64,000 bases of DNA from Candidatus Omnitrophota bacterium (GCA_002753465.1 PEAF01000002.1:10942-74941); one strand, 5' to 3'; counted from the stretch's first letter, positions 48,211-58,790 are shown. Made by a program: numbers and translations. Notes: generated by a model not told the origin, from the letters alone.

Positions 48211-49992
48211 TTATACAGTTTCTTTCGTAGGAATCTTAACCGTGAATACGGACCCCATTCCCGGCTCACTCTTAACCGAAATCGTACCTCGATGCTTTTC
48301 AATAATACTATAAGAAATAGATAGTCCCAACCCAGTACCCATTCCCGCCGGCTTTGTAGTAAAGAACGGCTCAAATAAATGCAACAAAACTTCCTCTGTC
48401 ATTCCAGCCCCCGTATCTGCAACCTCGATCAAAACATCATCAGCGTCGAGCGTGGTCGTTATTGTCACAACTCCTTTTTCCTCAATTGCCTGTGCGGCAT
48501 TGACAAAAAGATTAATAAACACCTGACTTAATTGCTGCGGATAGCATGAAATGGGAGGTAAATTCGTAAAATGCTTAACGATACTGACTTTATACTTCAA
48601 CTCGTTCCTGGCAATATTTAAAGCTGAATCAATTAATTTATTAAGATCCGCAATCTCCTTACGCTCATTGTCAGCATGTGAGAAAGTCTTCAAATCTACA
48701 ACGATCTTCTTGATCCGCTCAAAGCCATCATCCATTTCTTCAAGCAGCTTGATCATGTCTGTCAGGACAAAATCAAAATTAACTTCCTTCTTGTAACTAT
48801 CAAGGTCATTAACTAAACCCTTAAACTTACCCTGATCAACAAAAGCAGCCTTCTCGATCTCGATGTATTTCTCAACTACCCGTGCCGTTGCCTGTGTATA
48901 TTCTTTTAACATTTCCATATTGTTCATCAGAAATGCGACCGGGTTATTAATCTCATGCACAACGCCCGCTGCAAGCTGACCGACCGTGGCCATTTTCTCA
49001 GAGTGAACCAGTTGCCGTTGCATTTTCTTAAGCTCATTATAAGCCATTAAAAGGTCTTCTTCGGCATGTTTACGCTCCAGGATCTCTTCCTGTAGCTTCA
49101 GATTCGAATCAGATAATTGCTCTGTCCGGTGCGTGACACGCTGCTCAAGGCTGCCGATAAGTGCACGCATTTGTGCCATCATGTGATTAAATGCGATGGC
49201 TAAAACCCCGAATTCATCGTGACGGGCAGACTGGATCGGATGGTCTAATTTTCCGTTTGAGATAGATTCTACGGCACGCTGAATATCGATCAAAGGAAAA
49301 AATATCCTCTGGATATTCAAGAAAGCAATGAATAATGAGAGCAAAAGAATAACCCCACCGACGCTCACGATCATCAATAATGACCGTTGAGCCACGAACT
49401 GCGCCTTTCGTCGGGCTTTATCTAAATTATCCGTCTCAATGTCTTCAAGTGAACGAATGGCATCGAGCATGGGTTCACGTAAAATGGCCATATCGGTCAA
49501 AACAGCCTTTGTACGGACCCCATACCCCCTTTCCTGATCATGCGTATCCATCAATAACTGGGCCTGTTTCAAAAATCCCTTAACCTGCCCGTTCACTCGC
49601 TCAACAGCGAGCAGTTCACGACCTTCAAATGTGTTAGACGCCTGACGAAAGAGTTCCTCTATCCGGCGCGAAGACTCTTCAAAGATAACGCGAAGCCTGA
49701 CCCTGCTATCTTCACCCTCATGTATGACATATTGCGACATCAGATCAGAGAGGAACAGCCCCTCCACGCGAATACGCGTACTCAAATAACGGCCATCGCT
49801 ACGAACCATGGATTCTTTGATAATGCCCTGCGTCAGCCGAACCTGATAATAGGCCATTGACCCCATGGCGAGAATTAAAAGCGCTAAAAGGATCATGCTC
49901 GAAAGAAGAACCGTGGAAACACGTTGCCACGGCTTTAAATGGTACTCAGGTTGTTCTGATCTCTGGAACCATTTAGTCTGACCAGCCATCAT
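48211..49992 (-). CDS. sensor histidine kinase (periplasmic sensor, HAMP/coiled coil, HisKA, HATPase_c)
   Basis: H-box VHEINNP, N/G boxes (DTGAGM...GLGL). Confidence 0.8.
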   Translation of the reverse strand: MMAGQTKWFQRSEQPEYHLKPWQRVSTVLLSSMILLALLILAMGSMAYYQVRLTQGIIKESMVRSDGRYLSTRIRVEGLFLSDLMSQYVIHEGEDSRVRLRVIFEESSRRIEELFRQASNTFEGRELLAVERVNGQVKGFLKQAQLLMDTHDQERGYGVRTKAVLTDMAILREPMLDAIRSLEDIETDNLDKARRKAQFVAQRSLLMIVSVGGVILLLSLFIAFLNIQRIFFPLIDIQRAVESISNGKLDHPIQSARHDEFGVLAIAFNHMMAQMRALIGSLEQRVTHRTEQLSDSNLKLQEEILERKHAEEDLLMAYNELKKMQRQLVHSEKMATVGQLAAGVVHEINNPVAFLMNNMEMLKEYTQATARVVEKYIEIEKAAFVDQGKFKGLVNDLDSYKKEVNFDFVLTDMIKLLEEMDDGFERIKKIVVDLKTFSHADNERKEIADLNKLIDSALNIARNELKYKVSIVKHFTNLPPISCYPQQLSQVFINLFVNAAQAIEEKGVVTITTTLDADDVLIEVADTGAGMTEEVLLHLFEPFFTTKPAGMGTGLGLSISYSIIEKHRGTISVKSEPGMGSVFTVKIPTKETV

Positions 49993-51164
49993 TTCAAAAC
50001 CTCTATATGATCCTTAAGAACTTCCCAGCGTCCATTTCTTATTTGATGCATCTTCAGTACAACAGCGCCCTTATGACGATCTTGAGCAAACGTGATAGGA
50101 GAAGTGATCCCCCCGGTATCAAAATCTTTGATGCTCTCTAACGAATGCCTGAGATTCTCCCCTGAAAGGTTTGGCGCCGTTCTCTCAATAGCTGTCAAAA
50201 GAACTTTGGCGGTAACCCAGCCTTGCAAATACCTTAAGCCTACAGTATTAAGATCGCGTCCCAAAACTGGCATTGCGGCTCTGATCTCGACCATTCCAGG
50301 AAGATCTTCATAGGGAAATGCAAATGGATTTACACCCAACAACCCCTCTCCCGCCTGCCCGGTCAATGACTGCACTTTTTCATCGACACCCCAATTCAAA
50401 GTTATGAACTGAATTTTACTATTCAATCGGTTGCTCGTTCTAACGACTGTTGCTGTAGCCGTTGCTGTCTGATTGATGATACCGTAATCGGCACCACCTG
50501 CGTCTATAACGGCCTTTATTTGTTCAGAGGCATCCAATGCTGATAAAGCGACTATCTGTTCACTCACAAGATCAATGCCATTAGCCCTGGCATAGTCTCG
50601 TCCGGCTTGAATAGGGGATTTTCCGAATGACGTGTCATTGTAGAAAAAGGCAACCTTTGGCTTACGCGTCTTATCGGTCCAGTTATCTAGAATGTATTTC
50701 AAAGCTATCTTCATTTGATCTGAATATGATGCAGCAATCAGAAAATTGTACGGCGCCGTTACAACATCAGAAAGGTCTTCTGTCAGTGAACACGGGATAA
50801 ACGGGACTTTATCGACAGCAGCCTTACCATGCAAGACCTGAGAGTCGCCTGTACCCCAGCCTAAAATAGCGATCACCCTATCATCATTCACAAGTTTACG
50901 ATAAAGCTCCTCAGCTCGGGGGATATTATAGGCGTAATCATCATAAATAAGTTCGACCTTCAAACCGTTGATACCACCACGCGAATTAACATAAGCAACA
51001 TAATCCCGCTCACCATCAGAAAAAGGAATAGCCGCATCGCTGGTTGGACCGGTAAGATCCCATATCCCACCGATCTTAATTGTCTTTGTCTCTGTTTTTC
51101 CACAGCCATAAATTACTGATATACCAAAGATCGCAAACAATAAGAATAAATATTTTATACGCAT
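49989..51164 (-). CDS. periplasmic substrate-binding lipoprotein (Leu/Ile/Val-binding type-I PBP family)
   Basis: Signal peptide MRIKYLFLLFAIFGISVIYGCGK; Peripla_BP_6-like; stop overlaps HK start by 4 nt. Confidence 0.7.
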   Translation of the reverse strand: MRIKYLFLLFAIFGISVIYGCGKTETKTIKIGGIWDLTGPTSDAAIPFSDGERDYVAYVNSRGGINGLKVELIYDDYAYNIPRAEELYRKLVNDDRVIAILGWGTGDSQVLHGKAAVDKVPFIPCSLTEDLSDVVTAPYNFLIAASYSDQMKIALKYILDNWTDKTRKPKVAFFYNDTSFGKSPIQAGRDYARANGIDLVSEQIVALSALDASEQIKAVIDAGGADYGIINQTATATATVVRTSNRLNSKIQFITLNWGVDEKVQSLTGQAGEGLLGVNPFAFPYEDLPGMVEIRAAMPVLGRDLNTVGLRYLQGWVTAKVLLTAIERTAPNLSGENLRHSLESIKDFDTGGITSPITFAQDRHKGAVVLKMHQIRNGRWEVLKDHIEVLK

Positions 51165-51230
51165 ACAGATCTCCAAAAATAACTATTAACTAAGAGTAGT
51201 TTACAGCTAATTTAAAGTTCATGGAATATA

Positions 51231-51267
51231 AAAAGAAAAAACCCTTTCTGTATAAGAAAGGGTTTTA
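51231..51267 (-). terminator. rho-independent terminator after tRNA-Ser(GGA)
   Basis: Stem AAACCCTTTC/GAAAGGGTTT, 7-nt loop, T-run on minus strand. Confidence 0.65.
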
Positions 51268-51352
51268 AAAAGATTAAATAATATTTAAATTTCGTCTAAA
51301 ATAAAGATCCCACGATGATTCTTCGAATCCCTATATGCGTAACTAAAGAATA

Positions 51353-51441
51353 CGGAGAAGGAGGGATTCGAACCCTCGGTACACATCTCTGCATACACAC
51401 ACTTTCCAGGCGTGCGCCTTCAACCACTCGGCCACCTCTCC
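51353..51441 (-). tRNA. tRNA-Ser (anticodon GGA)
   Basis: 89-nt cloverleaf GGAGAGGTGGCCGAGTGGTTGAAGGCG, anticodon loop CUGGAAA, long variable arm. Confidence 0.85.
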
Positions 51442-51538
51442 AAAACAAATAAAGCAATCTAAAAGAACAAAGCGCTGCTTTCAAACAACGGCATTCAGCG
51501 TTGTGCCAGCGTCAACAAACTTATTCCAGAAAAGCTGG

Positions 51539-51568
51539 CCAACCACTCGGCCACCTCTCCAAAACAAA
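51539..51568 (-). repeat. 29-nt duplicate of tRNA-Ser(GGA) 5' end plus upstream flank
   Basis: CAACCACTCGGCCACCTCTCCAAAACAAA identical to 51421-51449; remainder does not form a tRNA. Confidence 0.6.
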
Positions 51569-51593
51569 CAAGCTTTTCTAAAAGAACAACGAA

Positions 51594-53699
51594 TCAAATA
51601 ATAATACGCGCATCAACTGCAAAAGAACCGTCTTTATTGGTGATCAGAGGATTAATGTCCACTTCTTTTACATGCTCTGCGATCTTCTGCACAGCAAGAA
51701 GGGTCTTAATGATCGATTCTTTATGCGCACCCTGGCCGCGATACCCGTCCAAAAGCTTCTTGGCTTTGATCTCACCGATCAATCGCTTAGCCTCTCCCTC
51801 CCCAAAGGGAACAATGCGGAAAGAAACATCCTTAAGAACCTCAACGAATATCCCTCCAAGGCCAAACATAACGGCCGGACCGAACTGAGGGTCTTTATTC
51901 ATGCCAACAATGCACTGCAAACCATCGACCATCTGGCAAAGGTTAACACCCAAAAGCTTCGCATTAGGCGCATTTTTCTTAACCGTCTCCATCATCTGAT
52001 CAAACTTGGCCCGCATTTCATCTGCATTCTTAATATTAAGTATAACGCCGCCTACATCTGACTTATGAATAATATCCACGGACGTGATCTTCATGGCAAC
52101 AGGATACATTTGCGTTTTTTCAGCGATCTTGACCGCTTCATCAGCTGACGTCGCAAAACCCCATTTAGGCATTGGCACACCGCAGGCTTCAAAAACTTCA
52201 CGTGATTCATGCTCTAAGAGGAACGTACGACCTTCTTTACGGACGCGCTCGATGACTTCCAGTGCTTTTGCAGGGGCTTCGGGTGTTTTCACCTTCTCCT
52301 TGGGACGTGCACAAATTTCCTTCCACTGATAGAGGGATTTCAAACCAGCGACAGCTTCACGGACCTCTGTCATCGCGGGTATCTGATTCTCATTAAGGAT
52401 CTGAATGGCCTGACGTGAGCGCTCGCCGCCAACCATGGTCACAACCAGAGGCTTATTGCGTTTAACAGCGTTATACTCATCAACAACAGCCCTGGCAACT
52501 TCAACGGGGTCCAAAACAGCCGTTTCACAATAAAGAACGATCACAGAATGGATGCGGTCTTCAGCCAATGCAACACGAACAGCCTTTTGATAGCCCTCAC
52601 GTCCGCCGCCACCTGTCACATCGATAGGATTTTTAGTAGAGCCGAACTCAGGCATGGTCGGACGGAATTTTTCCTCAAGCCAAACATGATCTTCAAATAG
52701 TTTAAGACCGGCATTATCACACTCATCCGTCGCACTGACGCCGATACCGCCGCCATTGGTAATGATCAACGTATCATCACCCTTGGGTTCAGGCATTGAT
52801 AAGGCGCAGGCACTGGCGAATGCCTGGGTGAATGTACGGCCACGCAACATTCCCAATTGATTGAACGCCGCCGTATAGATCTTGTCAGAGCCTGACAATG
52901 AACCTGTATGTGAAGCCGCTGCCTGAGCGCCACGCGTAGATGTCCCGGACTTCAAAATGACCACAGGCTTTTTGATCTTGGTGGTCATAAATTGACGACC
53001 ATCCTTAATGCCTTCCATATAGATCAAAATAACGCTGACATTCGGATCATCATTAAAATATTCAATCAGCTCTTTCTCTCCGATATCCGCTTTATTCCCC
53101 AAACTAACGACCGAAGCAAGCCCGATCTTTTCCATCATGGTCCAACCCATCAGCGAAATACCCAAAGCGCCGCTCTGAGAAATAAAGGCGATCTTCCCCG
53201 CCGTAACATTTTGAGGACCGAAAGAAGCATTAAGGTTTGAAGGCGTATATACAAAACCAAATGTATTCGGACCTAAAAGAGCAATGTCATGTTTATCAGC
53301 CAGATCCTTAAGCGCCTGTTCCTCCTTTTTCTTACCGATCTCGGAAAAACCGGAAGTAATGATAACGGCACCCTTTACATTCTTGGCAGCACATTCTTTA
53401 AGAACACCCTCGACCATAGGTGCCGGAACAGCGATGACGGCAAAATCAATGTCCGTCGGACATGCGGTCACAGAAGGAAAACAGGGGACGCCCAGGATCT
53501 CCGTCGACTTCTTATTGACGGGGTATATCTTGCCCTTAAACCCGTTCTTGACGATATTATTGAGAACCTGATAGCCGACTTTGGCCGGTTCTGATGACGC
53601 CCCGACAACCACTACGCTCTTGGGATTAAATACCTTCTTGAGATTTGCAATCTTGACCTTAACATCCGCGACTACTTCACCGGCGGCATCGAGTGACAT
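51594..53699 (-). CDS. acetyl-CoA synthetase (ADP-forming), fused alpha/beta (NDP-forming acyl-CoA synthetase)
   Basis: 701 aa; N-terminal CoA-binding/ligase-CoA domains, C-terminal ATP-grasp. Confidence 0.8.
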   Translation of the reverse strand: MSLDAAGEVVADVKVKIANLKKVFNPKSVVVVGASSEPAKVGYQVLNNIVKNGFKGKIYPVNKKSTEILGVPCFPSVTACPTDIDFAVIAVPAPMVEGVLKECAAKNVKGAVIITSGFSEIGKKKEEQALKDLADKHDIALLGPNTFGFVYTPSNLNASFGPQNVTAGKIAFISQSGALGISLMGWTMMEKIGLASVVSLGNKADIGEKELIEYFNDDPNVSVILIYMEGIKDGRQFMTTKIKKPVVILKSGTSTRGAQAAASHTGSLSGSDKIYTAAFNQLGMLRGRTFTQAFASACALSMPEPKGDDTLIITNGGGIGVSATDECDNAGLKLFEDHVWLEEKFRPTMPEFGSTKNPIDVTGGGGREGYQKAVRVALAEDRIHSVIVLYCETAVLDPVEVARAVVDEYNAVKRNKPLVVTMVGGERSRQAIQILNENQIPAMTEVREAVAGLKSLYQWKEICARPKEKVKTPEAPAKALEVIERVRKEGRTFLLEHESREVFEACGVPMPKWGFATSADEAVKIAEKTQMYPVAMKITSVDIIHKSDVGGVILNIKNADEMRAKFDQMMETVKKNAPNAKLLGVNLCQMVDGLQCIVGMNKDPQFGPAVMFGLGGIFVEVLKDVSFRIVPFGEGEAKRLIGEIKAKKLLDGYRGQGAHKESIIKTLLAVQKIAEHVKEVDINPLITNKDGSFAVDARIII

Positions 53700-53775
53700 A
53701 AAAACCCTTCCTTTTTATATTTAAATCCGCTTAGGGCAAGACAACCTTACCCTAAGCAGATCAATTCCAAACGAA

Positions 53776-56700
53776 CTACGCTTGAACAGACTTGACAGAC
53801 GCTGCAACCTGCGCAGCAAGGGACTCATATGCCGCCCACTTGGAATTAACATCTTCCTGAGCTAACTTGATCAAACGCTCCGCCTCTTCAGGCTTCGATT
53901 TTGTCAATGACTTGAAGCGCGTTTCGCCATAAGCATAATCCTTGAAATTCATCTTAGGTGCAGCGGAATCCAAAGTTAGAGGATTTTTACCTTCCTTAAT
54001 GAGATCCGGATTATAGCGGAACAGCGGCCAGTGACCTGAATCAACGACTGACTTCTGCTCAGAAAGACCGCCTGCCATATTGATACCATGCGCAATACAA
54101 TGGCTGTAAGCAAGAATCAGAGAAGCGCCCTGATACTTCTCTGCTTCCATGATAGCCTTGACCGTATGCTCATCTTTGGCACCAACAGCAACAGTGGCCA
54201 CATAAACATTGCCGTAAGTCATGATCATGCGCGCAAGATCCTTTTTAGGCATCTGCTTTCCACCCGCAGCGAACTTGGCAACAGCACCACGTGGCGTTGA
54301 CTTTGACGCCTGGCCACCCGTGTTTGAGTAAACTTCAGTATCCATGACCATGATGTTAACATTGCGACCTTGTGCCAGAACATGGTCCAAGCCGCCGAAG
54401 CCGATGTCATATGCCCAACCATCGCCGCCGAAGATCCAGACGCTCTTTTTAACAAGATAGTCCGCCAGCGACAAAAGATGCTTGGCCTCAAGTGATGAAT
54501 TACCAGCCAGCTTTTTCTTAAGCGCTTCTACGCGATTGCGCTGTTCAAAGATATCAGCTTCATCGATCTGATTAGCCGTCAAAATAGCATTAACCAATTC
54601 TGAGCCAACCTGAGCCTCAAGCGTCTTTAACAGCATCGCAGCATGATCCGCCTTTTTATCGATCGAAAGACGGAACCCAAGGCCAAACTCCGCATTGTCC
54701 TCAAAGAGCGAATTTGACCAGGCAGGCCCGCGCCCGTCGCAATTCTTCGTATATGGCGTTGTCGGAAGGTTGCCGCCGTAGATGGACGTGCAACCCGTGG
54801 CATTCGCAATAATGGCACGGTCACCGAACAATTGCGTGACAATTTTGATATACGGTGTTTCTCCACAACCTGCGCAAGCACCGGAGAACTCGAACAAAGG
54901 CTGAAGGAACTGCGCGCCGCGAACTGTACCCTGCTTGATCTTGGAACGATCGGCATCAGGAAGATTGAAGAAAAATTCCCAATTTTTAGCTTCACGATCA
55001 CGGATCGGAGCAATTGAGACCATATTGATAGCCTTCTTCGTCGGATCCTTCTTGTTCTTTGCGGGACAGGCAGAAACACACACGCCGCAACCGGTGCAAT
55101 CCTCAGCAGCAACCTGAATGCGGAATTTCATACCCGCAAATTCCTTATCCTTAGCCGCCGTTGTAACGAAAGACGCATCGGCTCCCTTAAGATTCTCTTC
55201 ACTGATAACTTTGCTGCGAATAACAGCATGCGGACATACCATGACACACTTACCACACTGGATGCAAACCTCAGAATCCCACTCAGGGCACTCTAAAGCA
55301 ATGCAGCGCTTTTCATACTTGGTCGTACCTGTTGGGAATGTGCCATCGATAGGCATTTTACTGACAGGCAGTTTGTCGCCGCGACCGGCGATGATCTCAG
55401 CTGTAACGTTCTTGACGAATTCAGTCGGGATACCGGAGACAGGAGCCTTGAACTCGACCTTACTGGTCACGGCCGCAGGAACTTTCACTTCGTGCAAATT
55501 AGCCAAGGTCTCATCAACAGCCTTAAAGTTCTGCTGAACGACGTCTTCACCCTTTTTGCCATAGGCCTTTTGAATGGACTTCTTGATCTGATTGATAGCC
55601 TCTTCACGCGGCAAAACGCCAGAGATCGCGAAGAAACATGTTTGCATGATCGTGTTGATGCGCCCGCCCATACCGGTCTTCAAGGCCACATGAGAAGCAT
55701 CAATAACATAGAATTTAAGTTTCTTCTCAACGACATGCGCCTGGATCGGACGCGGCAAAGAATCCCACGCTTTATCCGCAGACACCGTCGAATTAAGAAG
55801 GAATACAGCTCCTTCAGCTGCATCCTTTAACATGTCATATCTCTCCAGGAAAATATTCTGGTGGCATGCAATAAAATTCGCTCGGCAGATCAAATACGGC
55901 GCACGGATCGGGTTCGGCCCGAATCGTAAGTGAGACACGGTCATCGAACCGGACTTCTTTGAATCATACACGAAATACCCCTGTCCATAATTCGGCGTAT
56001 TCTCGGCGATGATCTTGATGGTCGCTTTGTTTGCTCCAACCGTACCATCAGCTCCTAAACCGTAGAACAGACAGCAGACACTCTTAGGATCTTCAACAAC
56101 ACATGCCTCATTGATCTCAAGGCTGGTGTGGCAAACATCATCGTTAATACCTACCGTAAAATGATTCTTGGCATCAGCTTTCTTCATCTCATCGAATACG
56201 GCCGTAACCATCGCCGGTGTAAATTCTTTGGACGACAACCCGTAACGACCACAGATAACCTTAGGCACTGACTTAAGAACGCCTTCCTGCTGCGCTTCGA
56301 ATAAGGCGTTGACCACATCCTGATAAAGCGGCTCACCGGCGCAGCCAGGCTCCTTGGTGCGATCAAGGACCGCCAGGGTCCTGACCGACTTAGGCAAAGC
56401 GTTAATGAAATGCTTAATCGAGAACGGACGGTATAAACGAACCTTAAGAACACCGACTTTCTCTCCCTTTGCAGCGAAATGGTCGATCGTGGTCTGAACA
56501 GTCTCACAACCGGAGCCCATCAGAATGATCACACGCTCTGCATCAGGCGCGCCGTAATAATCAAAGATCCGGTACTGACGGCCAAGTAACTTGGAAAACT
56601 TGTCCATCTGGGCCTGTACGATATCCGGGCACTTGATATAGAAAGGATTAACCGTTTCACGACCCTGAAAATAGACGTCAGGATTTTGTGCAGTTCCACG

Positions 56701-57351
56701 CATCACAGGCTTATCAGGCGTTAACGCACGGTTGCGGTGCGCAATAACCAGATCATCATTGATCATGGCCTTGATATCAGCCTCGTCAAGAAGTTCGATC
56801 TTGGCAACTTCATGGGACGTACGGAACCCGTCGAAGAAATGCATGAAAGGGATACGGCTCTCAAGCGACGCGGCATACGAGATCAGCGCCATGTCCATAC
56901 ATTCCTGGACATTGGTCGATGCCAGCATGGCAAAACCGGTTTGACGGGCGGACATAACATCAGAATGATCACCAAAGATCGACAATGCCTGCGCAGCCAA
57001 TGAGCGCGCAGAAACATGGAAGACAGCGGGCGTCAACTCGCCGGCGATCTTGTACATATTAGGGATTTTTAACAGCAGACCCTGCGACGCCGTGAATGTC
57101 GTCGTCATAGCGCCCGCCTGAAGCGCTCCATGCACAGCGCCCGCAGCACCGGCCTCAGACTGCATTTCCTGAACCATGGGAACAACACCCCAGATATTCT
57201 TAACGCCCATAGCCGCCCATTCGTCGGAAAACTCACCCATATTGGATGAAGGGGTGATCGGATAGATCGCGATCACATCGCTAACGCGATAAGCGACATA
57301 AGCTGCCGCTTCATTGCCATCAAGTGTGTAGAATTTACGTGCCATTTTCAT
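53776..57351 (-). CDS. pyruvate:ferredoxin (flavodoxin) oxidoreductase, single-chain PFOR
   Basis: 1191 aa; domains I-VII incl. 2x[4Fe-4S] ferredoxin motifs (CIQCGKCVMVCP, CTGCGVCVSACP) and TPP-binding GDGW. Confidence 0.9.
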   Translation of the reverse strand: MKMARKFYTLDGNEAAAYVAYRVSDVIAIYPITPSSNMGEFSDEWAAMGVKNIWGVVPMVQEMQSEAGAAGAVHGALQAGAMTTTFTASQGLLLKIPNMYKIAGELTPAVFHVSARSLAAQALSIFGDHSDVMSARQTGFAMLASTNVQECMDMALISYAASLESRIPFMHFFDGFRTSHEVAKIELLDEADIKAMINDDLVIAHRNRALTPDKPVMRGTAQNPDVYFQGRETVNPFYIKCPDIVQAQMDKFSKLLGRQYRIFDYYGAPDAERVIILMGSGCETVQTTIDHFAAKGEKVGVLKVRLYRPFSIKHFINALPKSVRTLAVLDRTKEPGCAGEPLYQDVVNALFEAQQEGVLKSVPKVICGRYGLSSKEFTPAMVTAVFDEMKKADAKNHFTVGINDDVCHTSLEINEACVVEDPKSVCCLFYGLGADGTVGANKATIKIIAENTPNYGQGYFVYDSKKSGSMTVSHLRFGPNPIRAPYLICRANFIACHQNIFLERYDMLKDAAEGAVFLLNSTVSADKAWDSLPRPIQAHVVEKKLKFYVIDASHVALKTGMGGRINTIMQTCFFAISGVLPREEAINQIKKSIQKAYGKKGEDVVQQNFKAVDETLANLHEVKVPAAVTSKVEFKAPVSGIPTEFVKNVTAEIIAGRGDKLPVSKMPIDGTFPTGTTKYEKRCIALECPEWDSEVCIQCGKCVMVCPHAVIRSKVISEENLKGADASFVTTAAKDKEFAGMKFRIQVAAEDCTGCGVCVSACPAKNKKDPTKKAINMVSIAPIRDREAKNWEFFFNLPDADRSKIKQGTVRGAQFLQPLFEFSGACAGCGETPYIKIVTQLFGDRAIIANATGCTSIYGGNLPTTPYTKNCDGRGPAWSNSLFEDNAEFGLGFRLSIDKKADHAAMLLKTLEAQVGSELVNAILTANQIDEADIFEQRNRVEALKKKLAGNSSLEAKHLLSLADYLVKKSVWIFGGDGWAYDIGFGGLDHVLAQGRNVNIMVMDTEVYSNTGGQASKSTPRGAVAKFAAGGKQMPKKDLARMIMTYGNVYVATVAVGAKDEHTVKAIMEAEKYQGASLILAYSHCIAHGINMAGGLSEQKSVVDSGHWPLFRYNPDLIKEGKNPLTLDSAAPKMNFKDYAYGETRFKSLTKSKPEEAERLIKLAQEDVNSKWAAYESLAAQVAASVKSVQA

Positions 57352-57378
57352 GCCTCTTTCTTTAATGTATTTTGCCGC

Positions 57379-57409
57379 AAAACAGAAAACCCTGCGCTCA
57401 TGCGCAGGG
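57379..57409 (-). terminator. rho-independent terminator between purU and PFOR
   Basis: Perfect palindrome CCCTGCGC-tcat-GCGCAGGG followed on minus strand by TTTTCTGTTTT. Confidence 0.6.
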
Positions 57410-57586
57410 CAGAATATCCCAAAGGGCCGTAAGTTTACAGGCCGGAACAGATGAAACGATCTTTACATGACTCTCGACTGACATATATAGGGAAATACCG
57501 ATGTTTAACTGAAGAATCCAAATATTTTACATACTTTTCGATTTGTGTAAAGGGATTTTCAAACGAACCGCGGCTTTACTGAAGGG

Positions 57587-58441
57587 TCATTCAAAAACAA
57601 CCGTTTTATTGCCGTAACACAGGACCTTACGTTCCAGATGCCAGCGAATAGCTCGATATAAAACAACACGCTCAAGATCCTGCCCCTCCTCGATCAGATC
57701 ATGGATCGCATAACGATGGCTGATACGTGCAGCGTCCTGTTCGATAATGGGCCCCTGATCAAGCGCCTCAATAACATAATGACTGGTTGCACCTATAAGC
57801 TTGACACCCTTCTGGTGAGCCTGAGCATACGGACTACCCCCAACAAATGCCGGCAAGAAAGAGTGATGGATGTTAATAATGGCATTAGGGTACTGCTGAA
57901 TGAACTGATCGGTCAGAATTTGATGATAGCGTGCCAGAACAACAAGATTTACACCTTTAGCCTGCAAAGCCGCCAACTGGATCTCCTCAGCCGCCCTTTT
58001 TGTTTCTGCCAAAACAGGCACATGAAGAAAGTCAATACCCGATTGATGCGCCAGGTCCTCAGCATCATGATGATTGCTGATGATCAGTTCAATCTTAGCG
58101 TGCGGCAACTGTCCGGACCTGTAACGAAAAAGAAGGTCATACAAACAATGCAACTGCTTTGAAACAAAGATCGCCATCTTAACCGGAACGTCCGTAAAGT
58201 AAAGCTCCCACGACATTTTAAACTTTTCGGCCAAAGGCTGAAACTCACGGCTGATGGTCGCTCGTGGCACCGTAAAACCCGCCATAGCCCACTCGATACG
58301 CATAAAAAATGCCCCCGACTCAGCATCAGCATGCTGTGCTGCGTCAAGGATATTGCCGCCGCGCTTGAAAACAAAATCTGTGACGGCGGCAGTTATGCCT
58401 TTTTGATCCGGACATGAAATTAGAAGAATGGCATGAGGCAT
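57587..58441 (-). CDS. purU: formyltetrahydrofolate deformylase PurU
   Basis: 284 aa; N-terminal ACT domain, C-terminal formyl_trans_N with conserved HHS...D motif. Confidence 0.8.
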   Translation of the reverse strand: MPHAILLISCPDQKGITAAVTDFVFKRGGNILDAAQHADAESGAFFMRIEWAMAGFTVPRATISREFQPLAEKFKMSWELYFTDVPVKMAIFVSKQLHCLYDLLFRYRSGQLPHAKIELIISNHHDAEDLAHQSGIDFLHVPVLAETKRAAEEIQLAALQAKGVNLVVLARYHQILTDQFIQQYPNAIINIHHSFLPAFVGGSPYAQAHQKGVKLIGATSHYVIEALDQGPIIEQDAARISHRYAIHDLIEEGQDLERVVLYRAIRWHLERKVLCYGNKTVVFE

Positions 58442-58790
58442 AAAATTGTCCTAGAAGTTCTGCACCGCGCCCTGTCGCTCCAACTCCCTGGAACGCTCAG
58501 CATCTCTCTGCTTGCCATAGAAAAAGAAACCGCCGGCAACCATTCCTGTTATGACAATGAATGAAAGATATGTCCATACACGCGGCTTTCTTTTGCGGGG
58601 ATCAAAGAATATTGACACACGGCCCTCCAATTTGTAGCAGGGAAACAAGGCCGAAGGCCGAGTTCCCCTGAATCTTGCGGATCGTGACGAAGCTATTTGC
58701 AGAGGAACTTGTTCATCGGCAAATAGCTGAGGCACGAGACGCTGGCATTGCTTTTAGCAATGCCACGTCATTTTTACACAGTAAAAATGG

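Noticed and set aside
53729-53757. Hairpin GCTTAGGG...CCCTAAGC between PFOR and ACS
   Set aside because: No adjacent T-run on the transcribed strand; not called as a terminator.
58451-58735. 94-aa ORF upstream of purU
   Set aside because: N-terminal half overlaps hairpins and lacks an SD; only a C-terminal TM segment looks protein-like. Too uncertain to call.
58751-58771. Perfect hairpin GGCATTGC-ttttaG-CAATGCC as terminator
   Set aside because: T-run is on the plus strand only, where no gene is transcribed; kept as unexplained structure between tRNA-Ser(CGA) and the downstream small ORF.
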